The notes below the pieces were generated by a model. The model was given only the letters and a program-made list of their open reading frames with translations. It was not told the origin of the DNA and did not search any database. The position numbers and the translations under genes were made by a program. This document shows, piece after piece, positions 35,769-48,999 of a stretch of DNA of 64,000 nucleotides (positions are counted from its first letter, which is position 1; every line of letters starts with the position of its first letter). This stretch comes from Blasia pusilla (Eukaryota): positions 13,392,001 to 13,456,000 of the forward strand of contig CM114271.1 of NCBI GenBank assembly GCA_050084515.1. The letters run 5' to 3'.

Positions 35769-38700
35769 ATGGAGTATTCCTCAACAACAATCATAAGCGA
35801 GAAGCTAGATAAGTAGAATTACAATGTCTGGAAGTTTCCTATGAAAAACTTTCTCATATGTCAAGAACTATGGAAGCTTGTTACAGGTGATGAGGCCAAG
35901 CTAGAAGATGACTCAACAGACTTGAATTTTCGCGCCTAGAACAAACGCGCAAGGCAAGTAATCCATGACATTTCAATAACAATCAGTTCGCCAATGATAG
36001 GTCACATTCAAGATGTTGATACTCCAAAGGAGAGCTGGGATGCATTGAAAAAGTTATTCCAGACATCTAAAAAGGCTAGAAAGCTTCAATTGAAAGAGCA
36101 ATTGAACGAAGTGATGAAATGATTGTAAAGCATCAATGATTATATTTTGAGTATTAGACATATTGTTGATCAGTTGAATAGGATTGGAGTGAGAGTAGAA
36201 GATGATGATCTGATTTTGTTCACTCTTCAAGGCCTTCCAAAGGATTACAAGTCCTTTGAGACCTTTATCTCTGTGAGAGAGAAGTATCCAAGCTTTCAAG
36301 AGTTAGTCCCTGTGTTAATCAATGAAGAGATGTGCCTAATAGGCAGCGGTAACTTGTCTAGTCTACAAGAGAGTGCGCTATTTACAGGTTATGGATCAAA
36401 CAGAGGCAAAGGTCGTGGCACAAGCTTCCGTGGTCATGGTGGATATCAAGCATATGGAGGAAGAGGTACTCAATATAACATCATTCAATCACCTATGAAC
36501 CAATATCAGACAAAATCACAAGGTGGTGATGGTGGAAATCATTGGGGTCGAGATCAGTAGCAGAGGGTCCCTAGATCTTGCAATTATTGGGGGATAAATG
36601 GTCATTATGCAAAGTTTTGCTTCAAGAAGAAGGCAGATATGAGAACAAGAGCCTAACAACAACAAAACTATATGGAGCAACAACACCAAGAGCAGTACCA
36701 AGAACAACAACATTCACAAACGGAGCATCTCTTAGTCATGACTCATCATATGAGAGTAATGGTCAAGAAAGACTCAACAGCAGATTTGTACATTGACTTT
36801 GGTACATCAAATCACATGACCTCACAAGCTAAATGGTTCAGTAGTTTGGAGCTGGTGAAAGATCTTGCAATTGTGCTCACAGGAAATGACACTCAACATC
36901 ATATCACGCATACCGGTAAAGTTCCAATAGCATCAAATGGTCTTTGTGTCTTGGAAATGTTCTTTATGTTCTTACCATTGCAAGAAACCTGATCTCTCTA
37001 GGACAGATAGTAGAACGTGGTTATCAAGTGAAGTTTAATGTAGATGGATGTTTCATTGAAACAATGGATGACCAGACTAGATAGCCAAAGGAACTAGATC
37101 TGGAAGAATGTTCAAATTAGATGTTTCTATGCTAGAGATTCAAACAACAATGTATGGTCAAACCGGCTAACAAGTCACAAATCTAAATGTGTGCCATAAG
37201 AGAATTGGACACATGAATCTTCAAAGATTACAGAGTCTTTCATCATCTAATATAGTAATAGGACTCCCTAAATTAGCAAGTCCTACTACGTTAGAGGTAT
37301 GTCCTTCTTGCCAATTTGGAAAACAAACTAGATTTCCTTTTCCAAAGCAAGGTAGAAGAGCATCCAGGATATTGGAGTTGATCCATAGTGATATGTGGAC
37401 AACATCATAACATAGCCTCAGTGATTGCCAGTACTTTGTTTCATTTATTGATGACTTCTCTAAGTATATATGGGTATACTTTCTGGAAGCCAAGTTAGAG
37501 GTATTCTCAATATTCCAAACATTCAGAGTTCTAGTAGAGAAGCGGACTGGAGAACACATTCTGAAATTGCATTGTGATGGAGGAGGAGACTATCTTTCAA
37601 GAGAGTTTGATGACTATTTACTTCAAAATGATATCCAACGTCAAGTGACTTGCCGTTACACTCCACAACTAAATGGAGTGGTTGAGAGGAAGAATCGACA
37701 TATTGCTGAAGCGATACGAGCTATGCTGAATGAGAAGAACATGCCTAAGGGCAGAGGATGTAGTATATGCAGTCTTCTTAACCAACCAAACTCCAACAGC
37801 AGGAGTTCATGATAAAACTCCATTCGAAGTCTTCATAGGAAGTAAATCTCATTTTTCCTTCTTGAAAGTATTTGGCTATATTTTTTATGCTTATGTTCCT
37901 TCTTAGAGACGTCAAAAATTAGACCCCAAGTCTAAAAGATGTATCTTCATTGGCTATGCTGATGTAACTAAGGGATATAAGTGCTACATTCCATCCTCTA
38001 GGCAGCTTATTATTAGTCGCGATGTTGTCTTTGATAAGCTAAAGTCATTGTATGCACCATCTGAGTCTATTCCACCTCTAAACTCATCTATTGAGGGGGA
38101 GAATGTGATTGTAAACCAACAGACATTGTCTTCAACTTCCCCAAGTACTAGTGCAGAACTAGGAGAGGTCCTAGATTCATCAGTTAAATTTGTGAGTCTA
38201 TCGACGGAAAGAGTACGTATTCAGTCTGTTGACACTAGTCAGAGCTCGAATCAGGTGTCAGAGGCATCTACCTCTAAACAACAACTTCGTAGATCAAGTA
38301 GAGTTACACATCCAATTCATAGATTCATAAATGAAGGTTTCCTTGCGACACATCATGCATATATGATGACTATCCTTCAAGAAGAGGAGCCGAGTTGTTT
38401 TGAAAAAGCTGCAAGTAAAGTCAAATGGATTGAAGCTATGAAGGAAGAGCTTGCTGCATTAAGACATCATCAGACATGGGAACTGGTTGATATACCTTCC
38501 GGTAAGGAAGCTATTGGTTGCAAATTGGTTTACAAAATGAAGCGCAATCAAGATGGTACAATTAACAGATACAAAGCGAGATTGGTGGCTAAGGGCTATG
38601 CACAACAATATGACATCGATAATGAGGAAACATTTAGCCCTGTTGCAAAGATGGCAACTACAAGAGTAGTAAGAAGTGGAGATTACATCACATGGACATC

Positions 38701-40136
38701 AAGAATGCCTTCTTGAATGGAGATTTGTACGAGGAGGTATATATGATTCAACCATCTGGATACGAGCATCCCAAATTTCCATTTTGCATATACAGGTTGA
38801 AGAAAGCTCTATACGAGCTCAAACATTTAGCCATGTTGTAAAGATGGCGACTACGAGAACAGTGCTTGCAGTTGCAGTAAGTAAGAAGTGGAGATTACAT
38901 TACATGGACGTCAAGAATGCCTTCTTGAATGGAGATCTATACGAGGAGGTATATATGATTCAACCACCTCAATACGAGCATCCCAAGTTTCCATTTCGCG
39001 CATGCAGGTTGAAGAAAGCTCTATCCGGGTTCAAACAAGCTCCAAGATCTTGGTATGGCAAGATTACATAAGTCCTACAAAAGTTGGGTTTTAGGATATA
39101 TGATTCAGACTCCTCATTATATGTCTTGAGAGGACAAGATCCTACGATTCTCATTGTGTTGTATGTTGACGATCTCATGATTATTCTGAGTACTGAAGAA
39201 ATGGTACAACAAGTCAAGCTTAAGTTACAAGTAGAATTTGATATGAAGGACTTGAGAGAACTCAAGTACTTCCTTGGTATTGAGTTTAACAAGGTTGGAG
39301 AGAGCATGTGATTACTACAACGACAATATGCTCTTCATATGCTTTCAAAATATGGTATGACGGCTTGTAAGCCAATCTCTATACCGTTGGACCAGAGTGT
39401 GAAGCTAGAGGTGGATGAAGGAGAGTTGCTTGCAGATTCTAAAATGTACAGGCGCATGGTTGGAAGTTTGATCTATCTAACTATAACCAGACTAGATTTG
39501 AGTTATGTTGTTGGCCTAGTTAGCCAGTTTATGCAAGCACCTCGAAAATCTCACCTTGATGCCGTGAGGAGGATTATGCGGTATGTGAAATTCTCTATTC
39601 AATTCGGGCTTCAATTTGAACCTTCTCTGAGTTTTCAATTATAGGGATTCACAAATGCTGATTGGGCAGGAAGCGTGTCTGATCGACACTCCATATATGG
39701 TTATTCATTTACTTTGGGAAGTGCAGCCATAAGTTGGGCTTCAAAGAAGCAACCTACAATTGCTTTATCTTCAACAAAGGCTGAGTATAGAGAAGCAACC
39801 AATGTAGCATGTGAGGCGGTGTGGCTTCATCGATTACTTGTTGAGATTGGTATTAGTAACTTAGGACCTAGTATAATATATGCAGACAATATTAGTAGCA
39901 TCAAGCTTGCTAATAACCCTGTGTTTCATGCTTGTACAAAGCATGTTGAGGTGCACTATCAGTTTATCAGAGAGAAAGCGCTTGTAGGAGATACTGATCT
40001 TGTGTATATAGATACAAATCAACCAATTGTTGACATCCATACAAAGGCATTGTCTAGAGATAAGTTTGAAATGTTTAGAAATGATTTAGGCGTAAGAGAT
40101 ATTGATATGAACTTAAGGGGGAGTATTGAAGATTAA
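35769..40136 (+). pseudogene. Copia E gag-pol (gag, protease, integrase, RT, RNase H), decayed
   Basis: [89 protein letters not shown]. Integrase precedes RT. Confidence 0.93.
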
Positions 40137-40435
40137 GTTACAATCAAGCTCATGAGACATCTGAACTGCTATATTTGGTACTCACACGAAGTAGGGGAGC
40201 TTAATCTTGGTTAGTCAATTAAGCGCGATTATCTTAACTAGGGTTAGTTAATCACAATTAGTCTAACTTGAGACTATGGTTAAGATTACAATTAGGGTTG
40301 CTTGTACATACCCTATATAATTGAGAAGGGGACTAGCCTCTACTCATTCTCTGATTGCAAATTTCGTTCTCCATGGTGGTGTGTGAGTGTGAGAGTCGTT
40401 TTCCACCAATTATGCTTCTTTACCAGTTTTCCAAA
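40124..40435 (+). repeat. Copia E 3' LTR (312 bp)
   Basis: Follows the PPT and matches the reassembled 5' LTR. Confidence 0.92.
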
Positions 40436-40440
40436 CCTCT

Positions 40441-41443
40441 CACTAGGGTTCCTCGAGGACGATGGATGTGTCCCAGATGTACATAGAGTAGGTAGTTCTA
40501 GATTCCGACTTGTGTTTGTGACATGGATGATGAGAAGGTGACTAACGATGGGGCCATATGAGCACCTGATCTTTTTTCTCTTAGCGTCCGAGAGATGTAT
40601 GTCATGGTAGGTAGGAAGAGATGGCTATCTGGAGTTAGACGGACCTAGTTAACCACCAGCTAGGGGGGCATTGGGAATATTTTGGTACTTATCGTCTCGT
40701 TGTGTGGATTCCATGAGTTAGTATGGGATCGTGTATGTTGTGTGTATGTTCGGCGACAACAATGTATGTTGTGTAGCGATGTATTTGCGCACGACAAATA
40801 TCACGTCTATTAGGATAGATCGACGAGATCTAGTAGAGCGCCTTTAGAGATACTAGAGGACACCCTCAGAAGGTCGAGGATGCCTTGTTGGGGGCATAGG
40901 TAACCTCAAAGAGCAGGTTTTTTCTTTGTTTCGGCTAATTTGAAACTATATTTAGGAACTTACTATTTTGGGCAAGTTATCATTTTTGGTATAGTTGAAT
41001 TTACACTTTGGGAAGTGGCCCTTGACCCGCTACAGCAGGTCAAGAGCCAAGGAGATGACCTACGAGCATAGGTTATCGTGGAGAGGGCTTGGGAGAAGGA
41101 AGGGGGTATACTTCCTAGAGAGAGAGAGAGAGCTTGAGAGCTCATTCTCTCTTTGTTGAACCTCTTGGCATGAGGCGGCGGAGCTATGGTCCTATTTGCC
41201 TTGTGTGTGTAACCCAAGCCTCTCATTAGAAGGGTGGGTTTGGTTTGACATGACATAACATGATATATATATTGCACACCATGGAGAGCTTATTGTGAGA
41301 GAGATTTGATCAATTTAATTGGAGGAGTATTTTCGTGATCTCTTTGTGTGGATTCCATGACTTAGTATGGGATCGTGTATGTTTGTTTATATGTTCGGTG
41401 ACAACAATGTATGTTGTGTAGCAAGATATATATGCGCACGACA
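40441..41443 (+). repeat. Element A 3' end: PHD end, PPT (~40661), B1 (~40700-40796) - 2 nt - A2 (40799-~41343) - B2 (~41344-41443)
   Basis: TTGTGTGGATTCCATGA...GCGCACGACA occurs twice. The junction reads ACGACA-AA-TATCACG, a decayed CA|NN|TG. Confidence 0.85.
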
Positions 41444-44159
41444 ATACTGACAATATGGGAATTCTCCCAAGCACATGGCAAGATGATATCACGAAAAGAG
41501 GGATTTTCAAAATGATAGACGACAGGAAATCTTGGGATGCAATGTTCAAAGACGACCACAATGCATCGCCTGCAACTGGTAGGCATCATTTATATTTTTA
41601 TTGATTTCTTTAATGTTGGTATTCACAATTTTGCATAATAAGTTCAATGTGGTTTTTTTATCCACGCATTCGGAAGGAGGCTTTGATGCTGATCATGAAA
41701 GGGATTGAATTCAATGAGCAGAAATTAACAAAAAAACAAGCATCTAAGGAACTTAGAACAATCATGGGAAGTATCAGGCTTCCTCAGTTGACAAAACTTA
41801 GACACATTTTTGTAGTATCCATAGATGTAGTTATACACTTGACTTTTGCTCAGACTATGATTTTGATCAAGAAAATGCATGAGGCAAAGAAAAATGGATT
41901 ATTGTTGAATGTACACCCTGACGTGCAACCTCATAGTGTCATTAATTTAGACGACTTAGAGGACCTTGCTTCTAGGAGTAAACAGGTTTCTATTCACTGC
42001 CCACCCAATAACAATCCCATTCGAATGCTTAGCTCGGCGTAAAAAATGTCAACCTCATCGACATATTTTCTATCATCGACTAAGAGGTAGCAAGAGTTTT
42101 AAGTAATAAAGTAGATATCTTCCCAACACCAATTTTCATCATTGAACATAGTAAGACCAGTTATCCTACAATATTGTTACAAACCATAGTAAGCCAAGAT
42201 TTTTTTCTTCTTTATGTATTATCGAATTTGACACTAAAGATTGCATTCAAAATACATACATGTTCTATGGCTAATATTTTTTTTTGCTACAACAAGTCTG
42301 TTATTATCCAATGTAGCAAATGTTATTTGCATATCAACAAGTCATTTCAACCATCACAGATATGTGTCGTCTCCAATCACGTGTACTTTCACTATCTTTG
42401 CAATTAGCAAAGATTAAATCTTGTCCGTGTAGCCATCAAGCAAAGCCCTAAACTATCCTATAAAAAGACTTACAAAGTCATAATCCTATTCATTTTAATT
42501 TCCGTTGATGCACCTGCATAGCTCTAGGTAATATTTCGTGTTCACGGCACTTTCAGCTAGATTCTTGTGTCTTCTTCTCTTTGTTAATGGAGTCTTCTCG
42601 TTGCAAGGTACTCTTCAATATGTTCATCTTTCTCGCAATAGCTCCGTCCCAATTTACCATGCTTTCCAATTCTACTCAAATGTTGCTCTTGGAGAATATC
42701 ATATTGGGTAGCATGTATGAGCAATCATGAGAAGTATCAGCCTATGCTCGTAGAAATTGTTGTACATATCTAATCTGTGTTACTTGTGCTTCCAGACTAT
42801 TCAAATTAGCTAAGCTGAGCAATCACGTGAGCAATGTGACCACGACGTCAACGTACTAGAGCATCGATGCGCAACACCACCTTTCAGATGGTGGTCTGCC
42901 CTCGTCGCCAGCTCAAAAACCTACAAGAAAACGATTGCTACGTGATCTTGAACTAGCATAGAAAATTTTACTTATAGTGTGTGGAAGGTTGACGCGAATT
43001 GAAGCACAATTGAAGGATTTACGACCATCTGCGAGATACTTAGTAGCAGTTCTTGAAGCACATAATTCCATCAACTCGGACAAGTTTACAAAATTTTAAG
43101 TCCAAGTTAGCATTAGGCGAGAATTAAGATACTACCACCATCTGGTTCACTTTCGTTATCGATTCGCATTCAATGCATACTTTCTTTCTTAGAAAGCTGC
43201 ATTAGTTTTGAAGTGTAAGAACATGTTATGAAGCACCGCTTCTGATAGTTAGTAAGTTAGAGTAAGATTCTTTGCAAATGACTGAACTGCACACTTGTAG
43301 GTGGATGACGATTAAGTTTGCTACAAGTTTAGGCAAATGCACTAAATATGTGTAAGGAAATCAGAGTACGTTTTTTAGTTACCTCACCTTAATGTACATT
43401 TTAATCATTCTCTCCCTACCGATTGTCACAAGCCGTTGCTTGACTAATATAAGGGGTTATACGTTTTAGTCTGATTCAAGTGTTGAAGCTAACATCATTT
43501 GATTTCCTGAGTTTCATTCTTCTACACACTATTCTTGCAGTCTTCCAAGAAGTAACACTCTTGCCATTGGATAATCTTCACTTACACTCTTATCTTTGAT
43601 TTATGACATCCACTTGTTTACGAACTTGGCACTGCCAGTTCCTTACTAACACCTTATATGCCACCTGCCATTGAGATTTTGTGCTTTTACCGACAACTCT
43701 TCAATATACTTTGATTGTTTACATAATTCGCATTTAATCTACACTTCCACACTATATCTCCTCTGCATTACTTTCATTATTGGTTCCGTGTGCACAATTT
43801 GTAAGTAGTAGAAGCAAGCAGTTGCGGCCACTACGTGCCTGCTTTGCTTTAGAAAAGCCACTGTGTATGCTTTCAACATGCAATCTTATGCATTTGATTA
43901 CTTTGTTCTCATGATTTTCGATGATATGATACAACTTTCCACATAACACATTGTTTCACTACTCAAAGTACAACATATCACAAATATGTTTGGTTTTTTA
44001 TAATTTGGGAATGTAGAGCATTTGTGTGTGTAATTACAACTCTATAATTCTGAACTAATACAAACAATTTGCCACTATCCTTAAAATAAACTCTCCTACA
44101 AATTGACAAGTTTTTCTTGTAGCAAACCTTTTATCAAAGAAAAATAAATGTTAGATGCT

Positions 44160-44390
44160 GGTTTAGGGTTGAACCTTAAGTTAACTCAACCCTAAAGCTG
44201 CAACTAACTCGACGATTGCAACGGGATTATTTATGATACATATATTCTCATATGAATCCGCCACACTTAGTTTGCAAATCAAGAAGGCTCTCCAATCCTA
44301 ATATAACACTTAGTTTGCACGCGGTGTCGTTCCTTCCGGAATCGCCGAGCACATAGGAGGCCCGACAACTAGAGGGTTTAGGGTTGTAGC
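44160..44390. promoter_or_regulatory. Possible telo-box-like motifs upstream of MAK16
   Basis: TTAGGGTT/AACCCTAA near 44163, 44188 and 44378. Telo-boxes are common in plant ribosome-biogenesis promoters, but these motifs are short. Confidence 0.3.
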
Positions 44391-44737
44391 CACACTCGAA
44401 GAAACTTGACGTTGGAATGCGTGGGGATTCGGGGGACCGGACGAGAGCAGGTGTGCGTTTGAATCTCCGCAGAAGTTCAATTGTTGTGGTTGGAAGGCGG
44501 AGACTCGGACCGGACGACAGCGAGTTGGAATCTCCGTTGCTTGAAGGCATACGGTAGGAAACCGGGTCTAGGAATATAGTGGAAGGACCGGACTAATGTG
44601 ACAGTTTGAATCGCGGCAGTGTCATAGTTTGTGGTGTTTTTCAGCGAAGCTTGGGTGGACAGTGGGGCGATCGACGTTCGAGCGTGGGCAGAGGTTCCCG
44701 GGATTGTAGAAGGGGAGGTTTCGGCGAGAGTGCAGCC

Positions 44738-47700
44738 ATGCAGCACGATGAGGTGATTTGGCAGGTCATAGGCCACAAACACTGCAGCTACAGAGCTAGG
44801 TGAGTAATTCTTGCTGATTCTGCGGGACTTCTTGGGTCCCTTTCTTTAGTTGCCGGTCAGTATCGTGTAAGATTGTGAGATGCGGAGATGTATGTTTTGT
44901 GGATTTGCTCCATCTCGCAACTCAACACGCGTCCTGGGTAAACCAGAAAATCGCTGTCTTCATGTCTTTTGAAACCATCTGACTCGAAAGGCGTTGCACG
45001 ATCGATCTTGCTGCAGGACCCAAACGCAGGATTTCTGCCGAAATGAGTACAACGTAACCGGACTCTGCAATCGGAGTTCCTGCCCATTGTCCAATAGTCG
45101 CTATGCAACTATCAAAGAGATCGATGGTATTTGATTTTTCGTCGTTTTGGGGCACGAATATCTGCTTGAATTGGCTGCAATTCTGATGGGTTTGACGGCG
45201 TTCCTTCTGTTGATCGTTGACACTGAGGTTTCCGAGCAAAGCAGATGGTTTACGTCAGCGCACGTCTTTTTAATGTTCAGTTTTTCCCCACATAATATGA
45301 GTATCGGTCCTAATCGTCTCGAACTGATGTCTGCACAGGGGTCCTTTACCTTTACATGAAGAGCATTGAAAGAGCTCACGCACCCAAGAATCTTTGGGAG
45401 AGAATCAAGCTACCGAGGAATTACGCTAAGGCCCTTGAAATTGTGGATAAGCATCTGGTAATCCGGTTCAACTCGTTAAAATCCTGCACCCTGTGATGTG
45501 TTTGTAATTAATTTTCTTAAAAATTTTAAAATATGGTTGAGGAATCAGGTTAGGTAATGCTAGGAGCTAATTTTAAACTCTGTTTCTTTGTCGTGATTTT
45601 GACGGTAACTAGAACCGGGGAAGAGAAAATTGAATTGAGACGTGAGTGTGCTTGGCAGGAATTTTGGCCCAAGTTTCTTGTCCACAAAAATAAGCAGCGT
45701 TTAACGAAAATGACTCAGTATTTGATACGAATGCGGAAGCTGGCTCTGAAAGTGAAGTAAGTGATTACCTGCGGTTGTTAGTAGAGTCTGAAATACCCTC
45801 TCAGAGGTTAATGGCAAAGGAATAAGTACAGGAACATCTTGAAATTGAGGAACACGAGGAATGGCAAGAGTTGAGATTAATTTACTTCTCTAGATTCCAT
45901 GCATGAGGTCTTACTCTAGTTGGAAGGATGCCCTCAAAGAGTCTCAAGTACAGATGTACTTATTCACAGCTTATGGTCACTCTGTATTGCCCCTATAGTT
46001 TCATCATCGGCTAGAATTCATTTGAATCTCTTTTCTGCTCACTTGTGGGATGGATTGGGCTGATATTCAGGCCGAAGCTTATGACCATGCCTGCCAAGCA
46101 AGTCCAGAGAGAAGCTCGGCGGGAAGCCAAAGCTGAAGTAGCTGCAGTTCTGGATAGGGTACATTCCTTTCCATGTCACACTGATAGGTTGGTGTCTGCA
46201 ATCAAAGAGATCATTCTTTGAACTTTATATGTAATCATTTAGCTATCCTTCTCAGGCTAGGAAGACCATTGTTAATATTTGGATCTTAGATGTGGGGACA
46301 TCTACCTAATCATAAAAATAGAGATTCACCCATTGGTGTGGTCAGATTACTCTACATGTTCCCATATCATTTAGTTAGATTGCCTTCTAGACCCCACGAG
46401 AAAGTAGAATTTCTTGTGGATATGGTGCATTACCCTGATTGGTTCTAATTTTTATTCTCTTTCTCACAGTCAATAGAGAAGGAGCTGCTTCAGCGCTTGC
46501 AAAGTGGGACCTATGGAGATATTTATAACTTCCCCATGAAAGAGTATGAGAAAGTATTGGATATGGAGGAGATGGAGGCTGCTGATGAGAAGGAAGAGGA
46601 GGAAGAAGAGGAAGAGGTTTGATAACAACCATACTTTCTAATGCATGGCATCATGGCATTTGATGGATGAGCACTCTCGTTCGGGGGTTGTCTTCTCTGC
46701 TGATTGATATCAACAGAAGACTGATGGAGCTTTCTAGGAAGAGATGTGGTTCTTTCGACAATATGACTTTCCCGGAGAAGTGTGGATAGAAATCAGTGAG
46801 GGAATCTCTACATGTTGAAGGATTTTCCTTTGCAGTTTGTCAAGTGTCTGGTATGTCCATTCCAACCATTATTCTTTTTCAGGAAGGAGAGCCGGAAGTG
46901 GAGTATGTGGAGGGTTATGAAATGGAGGATGAGCTTGAAGACTTTGCCAAGGATATGAAAGTAACTAGCAGTGAAGAGTCTGACTCAGAAGAAGAGGGTG
47001 AGTCCACATCTCGATGTTCCACAATCATCATCGGTCTCTTTTGGCTCAGGTTTGGGATCCTCACTGGAAAATTTATCTCAACCAAGACTTCACCTTCTCA
47101 CGAAAGAAATGTGTTTGTCCTTGACAGATGCACGGAAGAGAATGCCAGCAAGGAAAGATGGATTGTCTGTAAAAAGGGATGCAAATGGTTGGGATGATGT
47201 CGCAGCTGCCAAAGCTGCTGCTGCAAAAAGAAGGAAAAGACGAGTCCATGTGGAGGTAATTGGGTTGATGCCTGTTCCAAATGGATGGATCTTAACGTCT
47301 CTTACCATGCACTTGCTTTTTTCTTAATTCCATCTCCATAAGTTTTCAACAAGAAGGTTTGAATGGATATAAACACGGTGCAAGAACATTTGTCAAGCTA
47401 CTCTACTAAACCCCTAAGCCATACTGAACACAGTCAAGGGTCCCATGACAAATTTTGATCTTTTGTGTAGGTATGTTCCCCCCATGAAGTGTAGTGTATT
47501 ATATGCACACTTCCTTCCTCATTTTTTATTATGCTCTTACATGCAGTGTAGTTACATTCCTTACTCTCAGAAGTTATCCCAATATCAGGGTGGCTGCACT
47601 TCAAAGATGGCGAAGTTCTAGACAAATACAATGTGAAGATGACAGTCTGTTGCATTCAAAAGCACCTCATCTGTTATTTTGTCTGGACACGTGTTTATTT

Positions 47701-47759
47701 GTACTTTGCTGCAGATTGAATATGAGGAAGAGCAGGAGAACACATCGCAACGAGCCTAG
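44738..47759 (+). CDS. MAK16: MAK16 ribosome-biogenesis protein (60S), 303 aa. Exons: 44738-44799, 45017-45126, 45339-45457, 45659-45756, 46071-46158, 46470-46616, 46883-46997, 47128-47255, 47715-47759
   Basis: [88 protein letters not shown]; acidic tail; VEIEYEEE. All introns are GT-AG and the exons sum to 912 nt in frame. Confidence 0.95.
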
Positions 47760-48999
47760 TTCTATCACTAGCAGACTTTCAGTGGCAAACCTAGCTGTTC
47801 TTGAGCAAGAGAATCAACCAGAGACTCATATTGAAGGTGCTTCAGAACGTGTTTCAGAATTGTCGAAAGCCACATGTATGCACCACACTCCATGGATATC
47901 TGTGTCGAAGGGAAGAAGTATTCTGTGTGTTGGATCTTGTCTCATAGTTGCCACTGTGTATCATAACACAATTTTGTAGCCCACAGAATTTACATGAGCA
48001 TTTGTAAACAAGAATATCAATTCTAAGCCACCGACTATAGCTCCTATTGGAGCTCGTTAACAAGTCATATTGAAGTCGCATCAAGAGGAATTTTGCTTTT
48101 AATCCTCCCGTCATTTTAAGTCAAATCACTGTGTGACAAGAATGAACATGTGTTTCCTGTTCAGGGTTCATCTGCTCTCTTTATGTGTGCTTTCATCGGC
48201 AGGAGTCAGATGGTCTATCCTATATCAGTCTCTGTACTCATAATATAGTTAAAGTATTGTTAAATACTGCTACACGCAGGGATTTTCTTATTAATGGGTT
48301 TCAATTCAGGGTCGCAATGGCCTCTATCATCTTGAGAGGATGGAAGCAGATTTTGTTGTGCTATCAACGTTCAGTACTCCACCAAGCAATGAAATAGCAA
48401 GTATACTGTACAAATTTTATGAGGTGAATCCACTTTTTCATACCCCTGAACCATCCTATGCAGCAAGGACAAATGAGAGCCTGAGAAAGGATGGGATTCA
48501 AGAAGAACCAGAAGGAGAGCTGCTACAGATGTGATGCCGGTTGATCCTCAAATGCTGAAAAAACTCGTTTGATCCAGGTGGAGTTTAATTGCTCTATCTC
48601 AACGGGATACTTAGGAATTTACTCGTACTACTGGAGATGAAGATCTAATACTTGTTTGACATAGTACTTGGGCTGTTACCGCTAGGATTGATGGCAGGTC
48701 TCTGTTTGGGCAGATGGAGAAATGATCTATTAGAAAATTTACCTATTTTTTGCGTAATTAAACTTGAACCTGGGTCTTTTTCTTTCTTTGTTGACTAAAT
48801 GAAGTGATTTTGAAGTCTCATCCACATCACAATATTTTTGCTACTAGTTGGGAATAGACTGGGTATGGCAGATGTTAGTTGGGAGTAATATGGAAGATGG
48901 GATGAAATACTGATGTAAATTACCTGGTATGGATATTGGTAATTTGGTTTGGCCATAAATAGTCATAGTAGGCTTTTACAACTAGTAGCTGCCGGTAAG

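Larger units (their letters stand above)
18338..40435 (+). mobile_element. Element E: Ty1/Copia LTR retrotransposon whose 5' LTR is split by two insertions
   Basis: TSD CCTCT (18333-18337 and 40436-40440). 5' LTR pieces 18338-18453, 19482-19640 and 35213-35249 reassemble to match the 3' LTR 40124-40435. PBS TGGTATTAGAGC at 35250-35261. PPT AAGGGGGAG at 40115-40123. Confidence 0.92.
860..41443 (+). mobile_element. Element A: old, degenerate DNMT/PHD Ty3-Gypsy element, in pieces at ~860-4992, 17622-18337 and 40436-41443
   Basis: The integrase reading continues across element B (...ASLT|SFSPYLLL) and the PHD finger continues across Copia E (CLTPPL|TRVPRGRWMCPRC). 860-1140 resembles the A repeat end plus leader of element B (1021 aligns with 5474). 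The left boundary is approximate and no TSD was found. Confidence 0.7.

Noticed and set aside
41647-42042. 131-aa ORF as a gene
   Set aside because: No recognisable motif or supported exon structure.
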